Positions 58,492 to 64,000 of a stretch of 64,000 nucleotides of DNA are shown here, one piece after another. This DNA is from a virus: IMG/VR virus record IMGVR_UViG_3300033552_000001, positions 32,001 to 96,000 of that record. One strand, 5' to 3'. The translations under genes and the position numbers were made by a program. The notes under the pieces were generated by a model, which was given only the letters and a program-made list of their open reading frames with translations, did not search any database and was not told the DNA's origin. Within the stretch, counting starts at the first letter, position 1, and every line of letters begins with the position of its first letter.

Positions 58492-59022
58492 ATGGCAAAG
58501 GCAAGAAGTCACAATTCAGAATGTGCAATGTGTTGTAATCCAACACCAACAGAAGTTTACAAACATCTTCCAGGATTTGTAAATTTATTATGTGGAGTTT
58601 CCTCTAAATTAGGAGAAGGTTTTACAGTAACTGGAACAGGAGCATTAGTTAAAGCAACTTCTCCAACTTTAGTAACTCCTATTTTAGGATTGGCATCAGC
58701 TACTGGTGTAGTTGTAACTAAGTCAAGTGCTTCACAAAGTACTTCTACTACAACAGGAGTAACAGCTAATGGTAATGCAGGTGTAATTACTACATTTGCT
58801 CAAACATTGCTTTCTAATACAAGCACATCATTTACAATTAGTAATTCATCAGTAACTGCAACATCAGTTATTCAATTAACAATTGATGATGGTGTTTCAA
58901 CTGGTAATGCAATTTTAAAAGTGGGTACAGTAGCTGCTGGAAGTTTTGTAGTTAAAATTTATAATGCACATCCAACAGTAGCTTTAAATAGTGCTGTTAA
59001 AATTCATTATTTAATTTCTTAA
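58492..59022 (+). CDS. Putative virion structural/decoration protein
   Basis: Cys-rich N-terminus (ECAMCCNP), Thr/Ser-rich beta domain TSTTTGVTANGNAGVIT...; last gene of the + strand module. Confidence 0.6.
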   Translation: MAKARSHNSECAMCCNPTPTEVYKHLPGFVNLLCGVSSKLGEGFTVTGTGALVKATSPTLVTPILGLASATGVVVTKSSASQSTSTTTGVTANGNAGVITTFAQTLLSNTSTSFTISNSSVTATSVIQLTIDDGVSTGNAILKVGTVAAGSFVVKIYNAHPTVALNSAVKIHYLIS

Positions 59023-59029
59023 ATTAAAA

Positions 59030-59075
59030 AAAAAGGTAAGAAGGGGAAATATAATTTTCCCCTTCTTTATTTTTT
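59030..59075. terminator. Bidirectional intrinsic terminator between convergent modules
   Basis: aagaaggggaaa-tataat-tttccccttctt (59038-59067) with an A tract on the left and a T tract on the right. Confidence 0.85.
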
Positions 59076-59340
59076 ATATTTTAAAATAATCAATTTCAAA
59101 ACTATCATCAATATATTCTGCTTCTAATAAATCAAAATTCTTATCATTTCTTATTGAATCAGGAATAGGTAATTCAGATAAAACATCTTCATTTATTTCT
59201 TGTAATTTATACAAAAGACTATTATTTATACAAGTTAAATACTCATCATGTTTAAAGTGCTCTTCAATTTCTTCATTAATTTCCAATTCAACTTCTTTTA
59301 CATATTGAACTGTATAATATACATTTAATTTATGTTTCAT
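59074..59340 (-). CDS. Small acidic hypothetical protein
   Basis: 88 aa; last gene of the - strand small-gene array. Confidence 0.65.
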   Translation of the reverse strand: MKHKLNVYYTVQYVKEVELEINEEIEEHFKHDEYLTCINNSLLYKLQEINEDVLSELPIPDSIRNDKNFDLLEAEYIDDSFEIDYFKI

Positions 59341-59358
59341 TATTATCTTGTTTTAATT

Positions 59359-59742
59359 TTATCCAATTGTAAATCCTGTATCTTCTTCATCTGGATTTAT
59401 ATAGATTTCTTTTATTTCAACATGATTACATTGATTAATACCACTTTTCTTTATTGATATTTTACTTGTGTAATATTTATTATAATAAAGTTTATTCATA
59501 TAAAAATCCCAAAAAACATATCCTATTTTTCTATATCCCTCTTTATAGTCTATATAAATTTTATAAGATTTTTTAAGTATATCATGTTGGTTTCCTTTTA
59601 AAAAATAAAAAGTATCTAATTTACTGTTTAAAACATTATTTAAATCCTTTTTATTATTATGAATTGTTTTTCTATTCCAAGTATGAGTAATTCTTTTATA
59701 ATTATCATACTTTAACAATATAATTTTTCCTACATGTGTCAT
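59359..59742 (-). CDS. Hypothetical protein
   Basis: 127 aa, ATGA-coupled. Confidence 0.6.
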   Translation of the reverse strand: MTHVGKIILLKYDNYKRITHTWNRKTIHNNKKDLNNVLNSKLDTFYFLKGNQHDILKKSYKIYIDYKEGYRKIGYVFWDFYMNKLYYNKYYTSKISIKKSGINQCNHVEIKEIYINPDEEDTGFTIG

Positions 59743-60002
59743 ATCTCTATACTATCTTTATCTAATTGTAAAATTGATTCTTTTAATACATATACTTTAA
59801 TATTATCTTCTCTAAATAATCCAGCTCTTTCAGAAGTATCAATAATATTATAATCAGCATCAGCATAATCACTTGCTTCAATTAAAGTCTTTTGCCTCAC
59901 TAATTTCATTAATTCTATACAATTATCTAAATCTACTACTTTACTTCCATCTTTTGTATGATGGTATTCTGTTTCTAGTAATTCTTCAAATGTTTTTCTC
60001 AT
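59739..60002 (-). CDS. Hypothetical protein
   Basis: 87 aa in a coupled array. Confidence 0.65.
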   Translation of the reverse strand: MRKTFEELLETEYHHTKDGSKVVDLDNCIELMKLVRQKTLIEASDYADADYNIIDTSERAGLFREDNIKVYVLKESILQLDKDSIEI

Positions 60003-60006
60003 GATT

Positions 60007-60222
60007 CTATATTTTTCTAATTAAACTTCCTTTATAAAATATTAACACTGTTTTTTGTTCTACATTCACATCTTCATCTTCTTTCTCTTTATCAATTGAT
60101 TCTTTTAAATCAAAATTACTCATTGATCTAATTTTCTTAATAGCGGACATTTCATATTTGCTTTCAATATTAATTTCTCCTTTTTGGTTACTTCTGTAAC
60201 TATCAAATTTATAGTTTTGCAT
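60007..60222 (-). CDS. Hypothetical protein
   Basis: 71 aa in a coupled array. Confidence 0.6.
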   Translation of the reverse strand: MQNYKFDSYRSNQKGEINIESKYEMSAIKKIRSMSNFDLKESIDKEKEDEDVNVEQKTVLIFYKGSLIRKI

Positions 60223-60223
60223 T

Positions 60224-60517
60224 TTATTTTATGATTAATTGTTTGATTTCTTTTAATTTGTGAATTAGCTGAACTGGTATTTTATTTAATATTTCTATTA
60301 TTTGATTATTGGCATTATCTAATCTATGCATTCCTGTAACATTATTTATAAACAAAACAGTTCTTTTTTTATCATATTTTTTATATATAATTAAAAAGCC
60401 AACTCTATATTTCTTACAAATATATACTACTTCTTCTTGTAATAATTCTAAAATCTCATCCTCTAAATTAATATATAAATCTGATTTATTCTTAATTTTT
60501 CTTTTATTTGTATTCAT
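60224..60517 (-). CDS. Hypothetical protein
   Basis: 97 aa in a coupled array. Confidence 0.6.
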   Translation of the reverse strand: MNTNKRKIKNKSDLYINLEDEILELLQEEVVYICKKYRVGFLIIYKKYDKKRTVLFINNVTGMHRLDNANNQIIEILNKIPVQLIHKLKEIKQLIIK

Positions 60518-61001
60518 TTAGAAACTCATCAAAAACTTCTTGTTTATATTGAACGACATTTCCTGTATAATTATTCCATCTTCTAAGCATTGATTCTAAC
60601 ACTTCAAATTGATATAATTTATTACCATTTGCAATCAATTCTAAATCAACACTTAATGATTCAATTTGATTATCATTTGCTTCAAAATATATCTTCATAA
60701 AATTAGAAAATATCTTCTTTTCAGTTTTCCATAAATACTGAATATCATTTGTATTACCATCAAATTCATCTAATATACCAGATTCTTTTAATTGAACATC
60801 ATCTGTTAATAAATTATAAACCCTTTTTTCAGCTTCAATTAAATATTGATTTTTATCTATTAATAAATTTAATAGTTTTTTATTTTCTTGTCTAAACCAT
60901 TTACTATTTTTTAATAATGATTTTGCTTGTTCAACAAAAAAGGATGCCACAAATAATAATGACATCCCTTTACCAAATTCTTCTTCTGTTTTATTTCTCA
61001 T
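60504..61001 (-). CDS. Hypothetical helical protein
   Basis: 165 aa, overlaps both neighbours by a few bases. Confidence 0.65.
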   Translation of the reverse strand: MRNKTEEEFGKGMSLLFVASFFVEQAKSLLKNSKWFRQENKKLLNLLIDKNQYLIEAEKRVYNLLTDDVQLKESGILDEFDGNTNDIQYLWKTEKKIFSNFMKIYFEANDNQIESLSVDLELIANGNKLYQFEVLESMLRRWNNYTGNVVQYKQEVFDEFLNEYK

Positions 61002-61246
61002 TTTATTGTTAGATATAATTTATTAATATACTCTACATATCTGTTTTCACAGAACTCTAATAAAGATTTATATGATTTTTTAACATGTTTGCCAGATTGC
61101 CATATTGGATATTCACCTAAGTAAATTCCTTTATACTCTCCACGATGATGTAAATAAAATTCAAAACCTTCATCAAAATTATTATCTTTTTTAAAATAAA
61201 TTAAATTTAATTTATCCAATACTTTTATAACTGTTTCTTCTGTCAT
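60998..61246 (-). CDS. Hypothetical protein
   Basis: 82 aa, ATGA-coupled. Confidence 0.65.
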   Translation of the reverse strand: MTEETVIKVLDKLNLIYFKKDNNFDEGFEFYLHHRGEYKGIYLGEYPIWQSGKHVKKSYKSLLEFCENRYVEYINKLYLTIK

Positions 61247-61437
61247 TTTATTTTAGTTATATTCCATTTACAAAAAATATATGTTTCTCCTTGATTTTGA
61301 AAATTAGGGCAATTTACATCCCATTTATAATAACCATACCAATATTTACTTCTGATGAATAAGTAGTCACCATGTATATATCTACCTTTAAAAGTAAACA
61401 ATTTGATTAGTTTCTTTTTGTATTTATTAATGTTCAT
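61243..61437 (-). CDS. Hypothetical aromatic-rich protein
   Basis: 64 aa, ATGA-coupled. Confidence 0.55.
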   Translation of the reverse strand: MNINKYKKKLIKLFTFKGRYIHGDYLFIRSKYWYGYYKWDVNCPNFQNQGETYIFCKWNITKIK

Positions 61438-61438
61438 T

Positions 61439-61675
61439 TTATAATTTATTTAGTTGAACCTTCACAGCATCCCAATAATCAAATACATGACTAGGAATAT
61501 CTATATAGTCATCATTTATATTAATTATTTGATCTATAATTTCATCAACTGTATTAATTGCAAGTTGCTTACTTAAAATATTAATTAATATTTCTTCTGA
61601 TGAATCACTATCTATATCAAATAATATCATATAATTATCATGATATAATTGATCACACTTTTCTTTTGGAGTCAT
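61439..61675 (-). CDS. Small hypothetical protein, paralog family copy 3
   Basis: MTPKEKCDQL...KQLAINTVDEII...YWDAVKVQLNKL. Confidence 0.7.
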   Translation of the reverse strand: MTPKEKCDQLYHDNYMILFDIDSDSSEEILINILSKQLAINTVDEIIDQIININDDYIDIPSHVFDYWDAVKVQLNKL

Positions 61676-61687
61676 TTTATTTTTATT

Positions 61688-61873
61688 TTATAATTTATTT
61701 AATTCAATTTCAACTTCAGCCCAATATTCCCAAGTTTCTTGTATATCAGGTAAAACATTATAAATTTCATTTACACAAAGTAATGCACAAGCTTTATTAT
61801 AACTATCACATTGCATACTTACATTTCTAAATTTATCAAGTAGTTCCTTTGCTTTTTGTTCTGGATTGTTCAT
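61688..61873 (-). CDS. Small hypothetical protein, paralog family copy 2
   Basis: MNNPEQKAKELLDKF...KACALLCVNEI...YWAEVEIELNKL. Confidence 0.7.
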   Translation of the reverse strand: MNNPEQKAKELLDKFRNVSMQCDSYNKACALLCVNEIYNVLPDIQETWEYWAEVEIELNKL

Positions 61874-62049
61874 AAGTTATTTATTTCTGTTATTACATCA
61901 TTCCAATATACTAAATTACCATTAAGAGGATTTGAATTAATAATTTCATTTACACATTTTATTGCACATTGTTTTGCATTTTCATGGTGATAATAATTTA
62001 ATGAAAATTTATCAACCAATTGTTCTGCTTTGAATTTTGCTTTCATCAT
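61870..62049 (-). CDS. Small hypothetical protein, paralog family copy 1 (missing from the ORF track)
   Basis: Translated by hand: MMKAKFKAEQLVDKFSLNYYHHENAKQCAIKCVNEIINSNPLNGNLVYWNDVITEINNL*; ATGA-coupled to copy 2. Confidence 0.7.
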   Translation of the reverse strand: MMKAKFKAEQLVDKFSLNYYHHENAKQCAIKCVNEIINSNPLNGNLVYWNDVITEINNL

Positions 62050-62365
62050 AAGTTTGTTTTAATTCTTGTTGAAATTCTATTTCTTCTATTTCTACTTTTT
62101 CAAGTAATGGATTTCCAAGTAAATCAGAAAATCTTTTTATATGAAAAGTTTGCTCAATAAGAACATTATCATAATAACCAATAGGAACATTAGGATTAAT
62201 AATTTCTTGTACTGTTAGTCCCCAATCTCCATTTGAATGTTGTTTTTTGTATCTTAAATTATATATTTTTCCTTCAACAGGAAAAACAACATTATATTTA
62301 TTAAAAAACTCTAAATGTTCTTTTGAATATTTAGAGTTAATACATAAAATTTCTGTGTTATTCAT
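62012..62365 (-). CDS. Hypothetical protein
   Basis: 117 aa in a coupled array. Confidence 0.65.
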   Translation of the reverse strand: MNNTEILCINSKYSKEHLEFFNKYNVVFPVEGKIYNLRYKKQHSNGDWGLTVQEIINPNVPIGYYDNVLIEQTFHIKRFSDLLGNPLLEKVEIEEIEFQQELKQTYDESKIQSRTIG

Positions 62366-62762
62366 TTTCTTGATTTAATCTTGGTGGAGTCAATGAAAAA
62401 TGATTATAAGATCCATTTTTTGTACTTTTAAATTTATAATCATTATCATTATCATTTATTTTTTCTAATACAGAATATAAACAAGAATTAAATTGTAAAT
62501 CATCCCAAAAATATCCCCTACTACCGATTTCAAATTCTTGAACAGGTCTTTCATTACTATACCCATCTAATGTATATTCTGTAAAAGAAAGAGTTTTAAG
62601 TGTTTCTTCATAGTAATAAAAATATGTTTTATGCCTATCTTTACATCTTTTTTCAGTTATTACTTCTACTTTATGGTCTTCTTGCTCACTTAATGCTTCT
62701 ACAACCATCCATCCATGTCTATAATCAAATACTTTATCTCCTATTTTAAAGTTATGTCTCAT
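62358..62762 (-). CDS. Hypothetical protein with SH3/KOW-like start
   Basis: FKIGDKVFDYRHGWMVV N-terminus. Confidence 0.65.
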   Translation of the reverse strand: MRHNFKIGDKVFDYRHGWMVVEALSEQEDHKVEVITEKRCKDRHKTYFYYYEETLKTLSFTEYTLDGYSNERPVQEFEIGSRGYFWDDLQFNSCLYSVLEKINDNDNDYKFKSTKNGSYNHFSLTPPRLNQENE

Positions 62763-62763
62763 C

Positions 62764-63018
62764 TTATTTATTTTTAAATTTTGTTAATTCATGAATATAA
62801 TCTTCCCATCTAAACTTACACAGTTCTAATATATCATTATAATTATCTTCTTTATCTTCTGTATCTGTAAATAATAAAATAATAGAATTGTGAGAAATAA
62901 AATTGCAAGTTGATGTAATAATTACATTAAATCTATTTCCAGCTTCAAGCATTTCATCAGAAGTATATAATTTATCCAATGCTACTACTATTCTTTTATA
63001 CTTATCAAGTTTATTCAT
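62764..63018 (-). CDS. Hypothetical protein
   Basis: 84 aa in a coupled array. Confidence 0.6.
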   Translation of the reverse strand: MNKLDKYKRIVVALDKLYTSDEMLEAGNRFNVIITSTCNFISHNSIILLFTDTEDKEDNYNDILELCKFRWEDYIHELTKFKNK

Positions 63019-63256
63019 TTTTATGTTGTTTTAAACATTCTATAATTTCAGCTCCTGTCTTATTAAAGTTTTTAGCTAAATTAGCAGCAACTAAAACATC
63101 TTCAATAGTATATAAATTTTCTTTGGCTTGTAAATACCCAAAATAAAATCCTTCTTGTTTGGAATCAAATTCAATTTCTGATTGTATTCCTGGAAAACAA
63201 AAACAATGTTCAAATGCTAATTGCCAAGCTTCTTCATTTAATCCTTTTTCATTCAT
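63011..63256 (-). CDS. Hypothetical protein
   Basis: 81 aa; FYFGYLQAKENLYTIEDV type motif seen in small phage proteins. Confidence 0.6.
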   Translation of the reverse strand: MNEKGLNEEAWQLAFEHCFCFPGIQSEIEFDSKQEGFYFGYLQAKENLYTIEDVLVAANLAKNFNKTGAEIIECLKQHKNE

Positions 63257-63258
63257 GA

Positions 63259-63564
63259 TTATTTTAGTTTAAATTCATCAAATTCTTCATATATAACTTC
63301 ACCTTTTGTTTGTTGGCATTTTCCATTATTATAATAATTACGCCAAAAATCACCACTTTCTTCACCTTCACCAGTTAATTGAAATGTTGTATCTGGATAT
63401 TTTAAAGAATATTGTAACATATCTTCATGAGTATCATACCATTTTATTAAACCATTATCCCAATCATCTCCATAACTATTGGCATCTCCTATTTCAGAAA
63501 CATAATCAATTTCTTTATCTTCTCCTTTAATAACTTTTAAATCAAAGTTTGTGTAATATCCCAT
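63259..63564 (-). CDS. Conserved-looking phage hypothetical protein
   Basis: MGYYTNF...KWY...DML..S.KYP..F.LTGEGEE..DFW..YYNNGK pattern. Confidence 0.7.
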   Translation of the reverse strand: MGYYTNFDLKVIKGEDKEIDYVSEIGDANSYGDDWDNGLIKWYDTHEDMLQYSLKYPDTTFQLTGEGEESGDFWRNYYNNGKCQQTKGEVIYEEFDEFKLK

Positions 63565-63575
63565 ATTATTGTTGT

Positions 63576-63998
63576 TTATTGAATAACTAATTTATTATTT
63601 ATTAATAACTCACTATTTTTAACTCCTTTTTTAATTACCTTTTTGTATTTAAGTCCTACAATTACAGGTATATCTTTAAATTTAATAATATTATCATCTT
63701 CATCACCATTTACTACTTGCCATCCTTCATATTCAGTTGGAACTTCTTTAAATACTAATGCTACTGGTTTATTATCTTTTAGTAATTTACTCCATATATG
63801 CTTTGTGTCTTGTTGTCCTGAATATAGAGTAAAATAGTTAGGGATTTCTAAATATGGAGATGAGGGAGACTTTACATAATCCAAAAATTGAGTAGTTGGA
63901 CACAATTCAAATAGATTTTTACCTTCATAATGAATATCTTTCCATTGAATTTCTGAAAATACATTTGGTCTTACTGTAAAGTTTTTATAAACACTACT
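63576..63998 (-). CDS. Hypothetical protein, 5' end truncated by the window edge
   Basis: The frame of the 109-aa track ORF stays open to the window end (SSVYKNFTVRPNVFSEIQWKDIHYEGKNLFELCPTT...). Confidence 0.6.
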   Translation of the reverse strand, partial: SSVYKNFTVRPNVFSEIQWKDIHYEGKNLFELCPTTQFLDYVKSPSSPYLEIPNYFTLYSGQQDTKHIWSKLLKDNKPVALVFKEVPTEYEGWQVVNGDEDDNIIKFKDIPVIVGLKYKKVIKKGVKNSELLINNKLVIQ

Positions 63999-64000
63999 TT

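Noticed and set aside
1-64000. Stop-codon reassignment, as in some crAss-like phages
   Set aside because: The standard code gives uninterrupted ORFs up to 2786 aa and dense gene packing.
1-64000. CRISPR array, diversity-generating retroelement, integrase or rRNA
   Set aside because: No regularly spaced repeats, reverse transcriptase, recombinase motifs or rRNA-like sequence seen in this window.

Overview
A 64 kb slice of a very AT-rich lytic phage genome with Crassvirales (crAss-like, phi14:2-type) organisation, most likely infecting a Bacteroidota host. The host inference rests on TAnnTTTG promoter boxes and A-rich leaders without Shine-Dalgarno sites. The + strand (1-59022) is the virion module. 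It holds ring/tail-tube, IHF-like and muzzle (tail-stabilisation) genes, a virion lysozyme, QxGG-punctuated cargo proteins and four large ejection-type proteins, including a 2786-aa virion RNA polymerase with a DFDVD motif. It ends with tail fibres, a tailspike and a GH19 endolysin. Accessory genes sit between structural genes: a solo tnpB with a putative omega-RNA, two BRO-family paralogs, a RepL-like/T5orf172/Rha trio and a GIY-YIG homing endonuclease. After a bidirectional terminator near 59.05 kb, the - strand carries tightly coupled small hypothetical early-type genes. Four observations stand out. (1) The three giant ejection proteins contain only four cysteines in total, all at the termini facing the neighbouring protein, suggesting a head-to-tail linked ejection chain. 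(2) A tail fibre ends in an apparently circularly permuted DUF3494 ice-binding-type domain. (3) A recurring QxGG motif splits the cargo proteins into cassettes. (4) Two +1-frame overprinted ORFs lie inside giant genes. All family assignments come from motif recognition by eye; no database search was run.
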